The notes: a model not told the origin generated them from the letters alone. Positions 17,745-25,610 are shown, counted from the first letter of the stretch. The stretch: 33,025 nucleotides of DNA from Dehalococcoidia bacterium (GCA_030740155.1 JASLXV010000001.1:1-33025), one strand, 5' to 3'. A program made the numbers and translations.

Positions 17745-17890
17745 ACAACTGTTACTTTACGCGCAAGCAGCGCCGTTTGGAAGAATCTCAGCGTCACAAA
17801 GAGATTCTTCGCTTCGCTCAGAATGACATTTATCAGCATCAAGTTGACTGGATACCCAGGATTATCAAGAAGGGAGTTCGAACTGGCGCG
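17741..17890 (+). pseudogene. Degraded HicA-family toxin remnant
   Basis: TTGA overlap with the hicB stop; N-term NNCYFTRKQRRL and, in another frame, C-term GLSRREFELA resemble HicA termini; the middle (GSH motif) is absent and occupied by a palindromic repeat. Confidence 0.55.
17780..17828. repeat. REP-like palindromic element
   Basis: GAAGAATCTC (17780-89) / GAGATTCTTC (17801-10), then GCTTCGCTCAGAATGACA. Confidence 0.65.
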
Positions 17891-17935
17891 GCCGCTGTTT
17901 GGCACCCTTAGTTTCAAGAATTAGGATTAGCTTAC

Positions 17936-19114
17936 ATGAAATTTTCTAGCCGCCTGGACAAACTGTCCCCCTATCCTTTCGTGGAGATCTCCCGGATTAT
18001 TGCTGCAAAAAGGGCCGCCGGGGCCGACGTGGTCACCTTCGGCATCGGCGACCCCGACATCCCGACGCCTCAGCCGGTTATTGACCGGCTGACCGCGGCG
18101 TCCCAAATTCCGGCCAACCACCGGTACCCGGAGACCGACGGCACGTCGGAATTCCGGCGGTCCGTCGCCGAGTGGTACGACCAGCGCTTCGGCGTCAAGC
18201 TGGACCCCGACAAAGAGGTGCTGCCACTCATTGGAGCCAAGGAGGGGATCGGCCACGCCGCTTTCTGTTTCCTGGACCCCGGCGACCTGGCCCTGGTGCC
18301 TGACCCAGCTTATCCGGTCTATGCCGTGGGCACCATGTTCGCCGGCGCCGAGAGCCACGTCATGCCCCTCTACGAGAAGAACGGCTGGCTCCCGGAGCTG
18401 GACGCCATTCCCGCCGACGTGGCCCGCGCCGCCAAGATCATGTGGCTCAACTACCCCAACAACCCCACCAGCGCCGTGGCCACCGGCGAGGACTTCGCCT
18501 CGGCAATCTCTTTTTGCCGGGACAACGACATCGCCCTGCTTCACGACGCCGCCTACAGCGAGGTAGGCTACGACGGATACCGGGCCACCAGCTTCCTTCA
18601 GGTGGAGGGCTCCAAGGAGATTGGGCTGGAGTTTCACTCCTTATCCAAGACCTACAACATGACCGGCTGGCGCGTTGGCATGGTGGCAGGCAACGCCGAC
18701 ATGATAAAGGCCCTCTTCCAGATCAAGGCCAACCTGGACTCGGGCATTCCCCAGGCCGTTCAGGAAATGGCCATCGAAGCCTTGACCGGCCCCCAGGACT
18801 GGGTCGCGGAGAACGTGGCTATCTACCAGCGACGGCGCGACCGTGTCGTCGGCGCCCTCCGCAAGATCGGCATGCAGACGGCGGTACCCCGGGCGAGCCT
18901 ATACGTTTGGGCCAGGGTGCCCGAGGGGTTTACTTCCGCCGAGTTCGCCGCCCGGCTGCTGGAAGATATCGATATCGTGGTGACTCCGGGCTCCAGCTAC
19001 GGCAAATATGGGGAAGGATACATCCGCTTTTCCTTGACCACTCCCGACGAACGCGTGGAGACGGGGTGTCGGCGGCTGGAAGCCTGGCAGATCCCGCCGC
19101 CAAAGGGAGGCTGA
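17936..19114 (+). CDS. dapL: LL-diaminopimelate aminotransferase (class I/II PLP enzyme)
   Basis: GIGDPD, LIGAKEGIGH, PDPAYPVY, NYPNNPT, HDAAYSE, EFHSLSKTYNMTGWRVG; near dapF. Confidence 0.88.
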   Translation: MKFSSRLDKLSPYPFVEISRIIAAKRAAGADVVTFGIGDPDIPTPQPVIDRLTAASQIPANHRYPETDGTSEFRRSVAEWYDQRFGVKLDPDKEVLPLIGAKEGIGHAAFCFLDPGDLALVPDPAYPVYAVGTMFAGAESHVMPLYEKNGWLPELDAIPADVARAAKIMWLNYPNNPTSAVATGEDFASAISFCRDNDIALLHDAAYSEVGYDGYRATSFLQVEGSKEIGLEFHSLSKTYNMTGWRVGMVAGNADMIKALFQIKANLDSGIPQAVQEMAIEALTGPQDWVAENVAIYQRRRDRVVGALRKIGMQTAVPRASLYVWARVPEGFTSAEFAARLLEDIDIVVTPGSSYGKYGEGYIRFSLTTPDERVETGCRRLEAWQIPPPKGG

Positions 19115-19118
19115 GCCC

Positions 19119-20291
19119 ATCGGGAAAGACACGATATCCACTGAACCCGGTCCGGAGCGGGCCATACTGGTAGCGGTGGAGTTGAAGGGCCGGACCAATC
19201 TCTGGAGCCTGGACGACACCTTGAACGAGCTGGACTATCTGGCTCGAACCGCCGGCGCCGAGGTGGTCGGACGAATCACCCAACGGGCCAACCGGCTGAC
19301 CTCCCTTTTCCTGGGTAAGGGCAAGATCCAGGAGGTGAAGGAGCGGGCGGTCGAGTGGGAAGCCGACACCGTCATATTCGATGACGAGCTAACGCCGAGC
19401 CAGCAGCGCAACCTGGAAGAGGCCCTCGGCACCAAGGTCATCGACCGCACCGCCCTGATTCTGGACGTTTTTGCCCGGCACGCCCGTACCTATGAGGGCC
19501 AGCTCCAAGTGGAGTTGGCTCAACACAAATACCTGCTGCCCCGTCTGGCCGGCCAGTGGTCCCACCTCGAGCGGCTGGGCGGCGGCATCGGCACCCGGGG
19601 CCCCGGCGAGACTCAGCTAGAGACCGACCGGAGGCTGGTGCGCCGTCGGATCGGCAAGATTGAAGGAGAGCTGGAGGGGGTCCGGCGCCGGCGAACGCTG
19701 TACATGGGACGCCGCAAGAAGGCTTCCATCCCCATCGCCAGCCTGGTGGGGTACACCAACGCCGGGAAGAGCACCCTCTTCAACGCCTTGAGCGACGCCC
19801 GGGTCGACGCCGAGGACCAGCTTTTCTCCACGCTGGACCCGGTGACGCGCCGCATCAGGCTGCCCTCCGGAGGCCAGTTGTTGCTGACCGATACGGTGGG
19901 ATTTATCCAGAAGCTCTCGCCAATGGTGGTGGCGGCCTTTCGGGCGACCCTGGAGGAGCTTGCCGAGTCGGATATCCTTCTTCACGTGATTGACATAACG
20001 CACGCCAAGGCCCCGGAACAGACCGAGGTGGTTGAGACCGTCCTCAAAGACCTGGGTCTGGCGGACCAGCCCCGGCTGCTCGTGATCAACAAGATGGACC
20101 TGCTGGAGGCGGACAGCGAGAACGTCACTCCGGCCCGCCGGCCCAGTTGGGACGCCCACTCCAGCGTGCTGATCTCGGCGGCCAAAGGCTGGAACCTGGA
20201 CCTGCTCTTGCAGGAGATCGAGTCGCGGCTGTTGGCCTCCGGCAGCCCCTCCGGCGCTGGAAAGACGGCCGGCTCCACCGCACGGCGCTAG
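19119..20291 (+). CDS. hflX: GTPase HflX; probable ATC start
   Basis: ERAILVAV, GKGKIQE, DRTALILDVF, GGGIGTRGPGETQLETDRR, GYTNAGKST, DTVGFI, NKMD, SAAKG. First canonical start (GTG 19176) cuts the conserved first strand. Confidence 0.95.
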   Translation: MGKDTISTEPGPERAILVAVELKGRTNLWSLDDTLNELDYLARTAGAEVVGRITQRANRLTSLFLGKGKIQEVKERAVEWEADTVIFDDELTPSQQRNLEEALGTKVIDRTALILDVFARHARTYEGQLQVELAQHKYLLPRLAGQWSHLERLGGGIGTRGPGETQLETDRRLVRRRIGKIEGELEGVRRRRTLYMGRRKKASIPIASLVGYTNAGKSTLFNALSDARVDAEDQLFSTLDPVTRRIRLPSGGQLLLTDTVGFIQKLSPMVVAAFRATLEELAESDILLHVIDITHAKAPEQTEVVETVLKDLGLADQPRLLVINKMDLLEADSENVTPARRPSWDAHSSVLISAAKGWNLDLLLQEIESRLLASGSPSGAGKTAGSTARR

Positions 20292-20345
20292 CGAGCGATA
20301 ACCGGCTGGGGCCCAATCCTTCAAACCGGGTTGCGCTGGCACCAC

Positions 20346-20375
20346 CGTAGGGGCGCAGCATGCTGCGCCCCTACG
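20346..20375. repeat. GTAG-type REP-like perfect 30-bp palindrome
   Basis: CGTAGGGGCGCAGCA|TGCTGCGCCCCTACG downstream of hflX. Confidence 0.75.
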
Positions 20376-20584
20376 CCCGACGAACCGGTTGTCCTCTTTA
20401 TCACGATTCTTGGCGCCGCTAACCTGGCGCCGTTATCCCCTCGAAAAACATGGCGAGTGGCCGGTCCGGACGGTCGGACCTCGGTGAACCGCCCTAATTC
20501 TAATCACAGCGCACGGCCATGGGCCCCGGCCCAATTGCAAGGTAAGCCTGGCGTTCTGGCGCGATTTGACATAACGTCAACGTT

Positions 20585-20612
20585 GGTTCGCACAAGATAG
20601 GTTATGTAGCGT
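20585..20612 (+). other. Candidate dif (XerC/XerD) recombination site
   Basis: GGTTCGCACAA-GATAGG-TTATGTAGCGT, 11-6-11 layout; 9/11 and 7/11 matches to the E. coli dif arms GGTGCGCATAA and TTATGTTAAAT; intergenic. Confidence 0.55.
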
Positions 20613-20813
20613 AACAGGAGTCCCCGCCGGGCTATTAACATAACCGGCACCTTACATAAACAGAAAACCAGGACGGCGTTACCGGATCCCCTTTAAGAAA
20701 AGGCTCCGCGAAAAGACCGTCGGCCACGCTTGCCGGTGGATGGAGATGCTCCCTGGCAGTGGTACACTTGCCGATGGGTGAGGCGGTGCAATAAGCAGGA
20801 GGTGAATCGGCTT

Positions 20814-21563
20814 ATGCGAGTGGCAGGAAAGGTGGCCCTGATCAGCGGCGGCGCCCGAGGTATCGGCGCCGCATGCGCCCGCCTGCTGGCCCGGGAGGGA
20901 GCCGCGGTGGTCCTCGGCGATGTTCTGGAAAAAGAGGGCCGCGAGACGGAGACCGAGATAATCGAGGCGGGCGGCCGGGCCTTGTTTGCCCCTCTGGATG
21001 TCACCAGCGAGGAAGACTGGGGGCGCGCCGTCCAGGCCGCCGTTGCTCGCTACGGCAAGCTGGACGTGCTGGTCAACAATGCCGGGATCAGCAACCGGAG
21101 GGGGCTGGAGGAGATTTCCATCGAGGCATGGGACCGGGTGATGGGCGTGAACGCCAAAGGCGTGTTCCTGGGAACCAAGGCGGCGATACCGGAAATGCGG
21201 AAGGCTGGCGGCGGCTCCATTATCAACATCTCATCGATCTACGGCCTTGTGGGCAGCGAGGGTTCGGGCGCATACCACGCCTCCAAGGGTGCGGTCCGCC
21301 TCTTCACCAAGGCGACGGCCATCCAATACGCCAGGGAAGGCATCCGGGCCAACTCGGTACACCCGGGCTTCGTGGAGACCCTTTTGACCTCCCAGTTTCA
21401 CGACCGTCCGGGGGTGCGGGAGAACCGCCTCTCCAGGACCCCGGCGGGGCGGCTCGGGGTGCCCGAGGATATCGCCCCCGGCATCCTTTACCTGGCGTCC
21501 GACGAGTCCTCCTTCGTCACCGGCAGCGAGCTGGTCATCGACGGCGGAATGACCGCCACATAA
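20814..21563 (+). CDS. Short-chain dehydrogenase/reductase (classical SDR)
   Basis: SGGARGIG, NNAG, NISS, YHASK, HPG, IDGG; SD AGGAGGT before ATG 20814. Confidence 0.95.
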   Translation: MRVAGKVALISGGARGIGAACARLLAREGAAVVLGDVLEKEGRETETEIIEAGGRALFAPLDVTSEEDWGRAVQAAVARYGKLDVLVNNAGISNRRGLEEISIEAWDRVMGVNAKGVFLGTKAAIPEMRKAGGGSIINISSIYGLVGSEGSGAYHASKGAVRLFTKATAIQYAREGIRANSVHPGFVETLLTSQFHDRPGVRENRLSRTPAGRLGVPEDIAPGILYLASDESSFVTGSELVIDGGMTAT

Positions 21564-21841
21564 GCTCCGCGGGACCGCAGTTTGCCGTCGGCCCGCCGAA
21601 GCTGGAGACCCCTGCGGGGGAAGCCATCTATTTGTCAAACTCCGCGCCTCCGTGCCTCTGTGGCCAATCGAGCGCCGGCTGCGACCCCGCTCGCGCGGAC
21701 CTCATGTTATGTAAAACAGACCCAGGCCCGCGAATTGCCGGGCACATTGACTCGCGGCCCACCTGAGTATTCTTGGCCGCCGTCACCTCTGCAATTGGGC
21801 CGAAAGTCGCAAGAATCAGGGGCTGGAGAGCATGGGCGGGG

Positions 21842-21870
21842 TTGCACCGCAAAGGGTAGCTGCCTATAAT
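21842..21870 (+). promoter_or_regulatory. sigma70 promoter of the tRNA operon
   Basis: TTGCAC-17 nt-TATAAT ending ~20 nt before tRNA-Val. Confidence 0.8.
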
Positions 21871-21889
21871 TGAGAACGGCCAAGGAGAA

Positions 21890-21965
21890 GGGCGGTTAGC
21901 TCAGCGGTTAGAGCGCCTCGTTCACACCGAGGAGGCCGGAGGTTCAAATCCTCCATCGCCCACCA
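21890..21965 (+). tRNA. tRNA-Val(CAC)
   Basis: Acceptor GGGCGGT/ATCGCCC, anticodon arm CCTCG-TTCACAC-CGAGG, GGTTCAAATCC, encoded CCA. Confidence 0.97.
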
Positions 21966-22013
21966 TACGCTGGATCCCCTGCGGTGATCCAGCCGAGTCC
22001 TGTGGTCGAACGT

Positions 22014-22099
22014 GCCGAGGTGGCGGAATGGCAGACGCGCTGCGTTCAGGGCGCAGTGTCCTTACGGATGTGTGGGTTCAAATCCCTCCCTCGGCACCA
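22014..22099 (+). tRNA. tRNA-Leu(CAG)
   Basis: Acceptor GCCGAGG/CCTCGGC, CTGCG-TTCAGGG-CGCAG, long variable arm, encoded CCA. Confidence 0.95.
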
Positions 22100-22163
22100 A
22101 AGAGCTTCTCAGCCAATAGCGGTCGGCTCCCCCCATGGGGCCGGCAGCCGGCAGAAAATACAC

Positions 22164-22239
22164 GCGCTTGTAGCTCAGCGGATAGAGCGCTGCCCTGCGG
22201 AGGCAGAGGTCGTGGGTTCGAATCCCGCCAAGCGCACCA
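22164..22239 (+). tRNA. tRNA-Arg(GCG), copy 1
   Basis: Acceptor GCGCTTG/CAAGCGC, CTGCC-CTGCGGA-GGCAG (anticodon 22197-22199), GGTTCGAATCC, A-CCA end. Confidence 0.95.
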
Positions 22240-22250
22240 TTCTTAGGCAC

Positions 22251-22289
22251 AAAACAGGCCCCCGGAGAAGTCTGGGGGCCTGTTATTTT
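22251..22289 (+). terminator. Rho-independent terminator after the tRNA operon
   Basis: AACAGGCCCCCGG/CTGGGGGCCTGTT stem followed by ATTTT. Confidence 0.75.
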
Positions 22290-22320
22290 GGGTTTTGGCT
22301 GCCCGCAGATTATGTAAGCA

Positions 22321-22439
22321 CCCGGCTGGCCCAGGCTCCTCTTGGATGTGAATCTGCTCCAGGAACTGGCCCGCCTCGGATACGGCTACAAAAGGATAGC
22401 CAGGGAGTATCAGAGGAGGACCGGTGAATACGTCTTACC
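22321..22439 (+). pseudogene. Start-less HTH-like fragment
   Basis: PGWPRLLLDVNLLQELARLGYGYKRIAREYQRRTGEYV; protein-like character ends at the stop of the converging gene. Confidence 0.4.
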
Positions 22440-23642
22440 CTACTCTCCTTCACCGGGGGTATCTATTACCTCATGAGCCAGGGCGGTTTTAATGGCGAAA
22501 TCCGAGATCTCCTGCCCAAGACCGGGGAGATCAGGAATGTGGTATTTACCGTTAACAGGCTGATAGTCATATTTGCAGAGAGCGGTGATGGCTTCCTGTG
22601 TGCTTCTGAAGTGATGCTCATGTATAGAGAAGTTTGGGATAGCAGCCTCTAGATGTAAGGCGGCAGCGGTAGAAATTGGAGCTCCGGCAACATGCGCCTG
22701 TACCGTGGCATCAAAGACCTGGGCGAGATCACATATCTTCTTAGCCTCGGAAAGTCCGCCACAGCTACACACATCAGGCTGTATCAGTTGGACGGAATGA
22801 TCCTTGAAGAAATTCATAAACCCCCATCTCGAGTAAATTCGTTCCCCGGCCGCGATCGGGGTTCTAACCTTTTCTCTAACGACTCGATGCATCTCGGGAT
22901 TGAGCATGGTAGTCACTTCTTCGTAAGCGAAACATTTATATTTGTCACACAGTTCACCAATGGCAATAGCCCCCCAGGCATCTGTTCTGCAATGGTTCTC
23001 AACGATAATATCAAAGTTATATCCACATGAATCGCGTATGGCGGCCATTCTTTCATCAACCATGTTCATAAAATCGTAGTCAAGAATGCCCTCAACCCTA
23101 TGCTTCGGTACAGCCATGCCATTTCGGTCGTACATGGTAAAGTCAATCTTAATCGCATCATAACCTTCCGACAGAGCATGCTCTGTAATCATGACATAAT
23201 CTTTTTTTGCACCATAAGGCCCAGTTTTTGAAGTCCAGCCGAACTGTAGTTGCGAAGCATAGCAGCGCAACTCGTCCCTGTATTTTCCGCCAAGCAGTTG
23301 ATAGCAGGGAACATCAAGCGCTTTGCCTTTAATATCCATCAGGGCAATATCGAGCGCGCTGATCCCGGAAAAGACGATGGCTCCTCCGCCTTGCCCCCAA
23401 AAAGTCGTCTTGAGAAGGGACTCCCAAATAGGTTCAACATTCATAGGGTCCCTGCCGACTATCAGAGGAGCAAGATCCTTAATCATGCCGAACGCCGCAT
23501 TTGATCCGGAACCATAGGCGACACCTGCTTCTCCGTCGCCGTAGATGCCCTCATCCGTATGCACGCGGCAAACGATCGGTCTCCTTTCAGCCCTTTGCGC
23601 GCCCGCGTCTAATAAGTACACATCGACTTTTGTAATCTTCAT
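22440..23642 (-). CDS. Mandelate racemase/muconate lactonizing enzyme family protein (acid-sugar dehydratase-like)
   Basis: TDEGIYGDGE, SALDIALMDIKGK, YQLLGG, YASQLQFGW, KID, ENH, YEE, AGER, QPD, QAH, HEHH; many A/T-ending codons. Confidence 0.93.
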   Translation of the reverse strand: MKITKVDVYLLDAGAQRAERRPIVCRVHTDEGIYGDGEAGVAYGSGSNAAFGMIKDLAPLIVGRDPMNVEPIWESLLKTTFWGQGGGAIVFSGISALDIALMDIKGKALDVPCYQLLGGKYRDELRCYASQLQFGWTSKTGPYGAKKDYVMITEHALSEGYDAIKIDFTMYDRNGMAVPKHRVEGILDYDFMNMVDERMAAIRDSCGYNFDIIVENHCRTDAWGAIAIGELCDKYKCFAYEEVTTMLNPEMHRVVREKVRTPIAAGERIYSRWGFMNFFKDHSVQLIQPDVCSCGGLSEAKKICDLAQVFDATVQAHVAGAPISTAAALHLEAAIPNFSIHEHHFRSTQEAITALCKYDYQPVNGKYHIPDLPGLGQEISDFAIKTALAHEVIDTPGEGE

Positions 23643-23857
23643 AGTGTATCCCTCTTCGTTTTATCCGACATTTCCCATTTCAACCAGTTCCGGCCTAGTC
23701 CGATGGGACGAGAGGAGATTACACCCGGCCCTGGAAGCCCGTCAACAGTCATCTCCCCGGTCTTGAGGTGCGATTTCGCCCTCCCGCGGCACCAAAAAGC
23801 TTCTCAGCCAACAGCGGTCGGCTCACCCATGGGGCCGGCAGCCGGCAGCTAATACAC

Positions 23858-23930
23858 GCGCTTGTAGCTCAGTGGATAGAGCGCTGCCCTGCGGAGGCAG
23901 AGGTCGTGGGTTCGAATCCCGCCAAGCGCG
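23858..23930 (+). tRNA. tRNA-Arg(GCG), copy 2 (G discriminator, CCA not encoded)
   Basis: Same body as copy 1 except a D-loop C>T; ends G-CTA instead of A-CCA; anticodon 23891-23893. Confidence 0.85.
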
Positions 23931-23950
23931 CTATTTTTAGGCACGAAAGA

Positions 23951-23984
23951 AGGCCCCCGGATCGCTCTTGGGGGCCTGTTCTCT
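23951..23984 (+). terminator. Degenerate copy of the tRNA terminator
   Basis: AGGCCCCCGG/TTGGGGGCCT stem with a weak T tract. Confidence 0.5.
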
Positions 23985-24063
23985 CGGGCATTGGCTGCCT
24001 GCAGCTTATGTAAACTCCCGGCTGGGGATCTCTGGCAGACGGGAGCAATACCCCCGGCGAACC

Positions 24064-24480
24064 CTACTCCGCGGGTATCACACCGAGCGGCTGCATCATG
24101 CCCATGTCGTCCTGGTTGCCCCAGTGCTCCACGGCCTTGCCGTCGGCGATGCGGACGATGTGGGTTTCGGTAAACGAGACCTTCTTGCCGGTGGCCGGGA
24201 TACCCATGAAGTCGCCGGTGTGGGTGCCCGTATTGGTCATGCGTCCCACGACCAGGTCGCCTTCGGCTACCAGGACGTCGATGGTCGCATGAAGGTCGGG
24301 GAAGGCGGAGAAAAACATGCTCATCAACTGTTTCATGCCTTCCGTTCCCGAGGGCACGCCCGGCGCCGGGTTGTGGTCGATGTAATTGGCAGCCATCAGC
24401 TCATCCACGGCGTTCACGTTTTTATCATTAAGCACTTCGCCAATGAAGCGAGTAAATAGGGTCTTGTTTGCTTCGGACAT
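24064..24480 (-). CDS. SnoaL-like ester cyclase / NTF2-fold protein
   Basis: SEANKTLFTRF, AFPDL, AEGDLVV, GTHTGDFMGIPATGKKV, EHWG; GAGGAG SD. Confidence 0.92.
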   Translation of the reverse strand: MSEANKTLFTRFIGEVLNDKNVNAVDELMAANYIDHNPAPGVPSGTEGMKQLMSMFFSAFPDLHATIDVLVAEGDLVVGRMTNTGTHTGDFMGIPATGKKVSFTETHIVRIADGKAVEHWGNQDDMGMMQPLGVIPAE

Positions 24481-24839
24481 AAGGCTTTCTCCTCGTCAAA
24501 GTTGTAGGTATCGAAGCGCGGTCTCACGAATCCGGGCATGAAGAAATTATATCGTAAGCGCTCGAAGTAAGCTATTCCGGGCGGTGGACCGGCTCGCGCC
24601 GCAATGCCAAAACATGCAACCGGGCAGAGGCGGATATTATCGACCGGGCCGCGGGCCTTGCAAGCTCCGGTAGTACCGTGACCGGAGGGCAGGGCACCAA
24701 GGGGGGATAGGCGGTGAGGTTCAATTAACGAAAGGCCCGAAGGCCTGATAGCAGATCGTCATCCGGACGGAAGGCTCCAATATCGGTAGGCGGCAGCGCA
24801 GAGCAAAACGCCGGCCAAGCCGGTCGATCGACCTCGGGC

Positions 24840-25061
24840 TTACCCGTCCCGGTCGAGGGACTTGCGAAATCGAGTCCTGACCTGGTCCTGCCTGACAACG
24901 ATCCACTCGTCGTCGTCCAGCACCACGCCGTACGACATAGCCGCGATGCCGGGGAAGTCGAACGACTCCCCGTAAATGCTGCTGTCGATCACGCTGATCC
25001 TCCTGGTGTACCGGCCGGAAATGATCCGGACGCTCGTCCCACGTTCTAGGCCCTCGGGCAT
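24840..25061 (-). CDS. Small KOW/SH3-like protein
   Basis: AAGGAG SD; GTSVRIISGRY KOW-like motif; YGVVLDD..WIVVRQDQV. Confidence 0.6.
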   Translation of the reverse strand: MPEGLERGTSVRIISGRYTRRISVIDSSIYGESFDFPGIAAMSYGVVLDDDEWIVVRQDQVRTRFRKSLDRDG

Positions 25062-25610
25062 TAACCCGCTCCTTGTTGGGAGGTTCTGCCTAATTCCTCG
25101 ACCGAGACCCGCTCAGGGGCGGCCTGGGAAAGTCCATGCTTCAAGAACCTGCTTTTGACCACAACTTCATCAGGCTTTGATAGATGATCGGCGGCTTCAG
25201 GGCCGTTGCCCTGCGCCACTACCGGCAGCACCGGGAAGCCAGGCGTGGTTGACCGAGGATGGCCGCCAGACATCGCTCGTGTGTTGCTATTGAACATTTT
25301 ATCATGGGCAACATCGCAGTTCCAGAATGACAGACGGCGGCCGGTCGGATTGCTCGAATATCTTATCCGGTAATCTGGAAGAACAGGAACATCGAGGTTC
25401 ATCGGAGGCAGCCACCGAGGGGTCAGGTCCGGCAAGTGCGGCCTCGGCGCGGGCGATCCATGGTTATGTCAACTATCGCCGCTTTCCCGGCCCCGGTTGG
25501 GATTGAATGTTCGGCAGGGCCGGTCGTTGTACGTCGGATGGGCTGGGGGGAAGTTGGTCCACGCCGGCCTGGCATACCGGAGCAAAAAAGCTTGCCTGGC
25601 GGGGCAGGCC

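Larger units (their letters stand above)
22084..22329 (+). repeat. Direct repeat copy 1 (tRNA-Leu 3' end, spacer, tRNA-Arg, terminator, tail)
   Basis: Aligns by eye with 23779-24025. Confidence 0.9.
23779..24025 (+). repeat. Direct repeat copy 2, starting with a 16-nt tRNA-Leu 3' fragment (attR-like)
   Basis: CCCTCCCGCGGCACCA versus CCCTCCCTCGGCACCA, then the same spacer, tRNA-Arg and terminator. Confidence 0.9.

Noticed and set aside
20567..20580. TTGAC-N5-GTCAA as an FNR/CRP-type box, or the region as oriC
   Set aside because: Spacing is 5 rather than 4, it is better explained as an XerD-like arm, and no DnaA-box cluster is visible.
21984..22427. 147-aa ORF and other ORFs across the tRNA genes
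   Set aside because: They overlap well-formed tRNAs; spurious.
25061..25435. 124-aa minus-strand ORF
   Set aside because: No SD, no recognisable motif, atypical composition.
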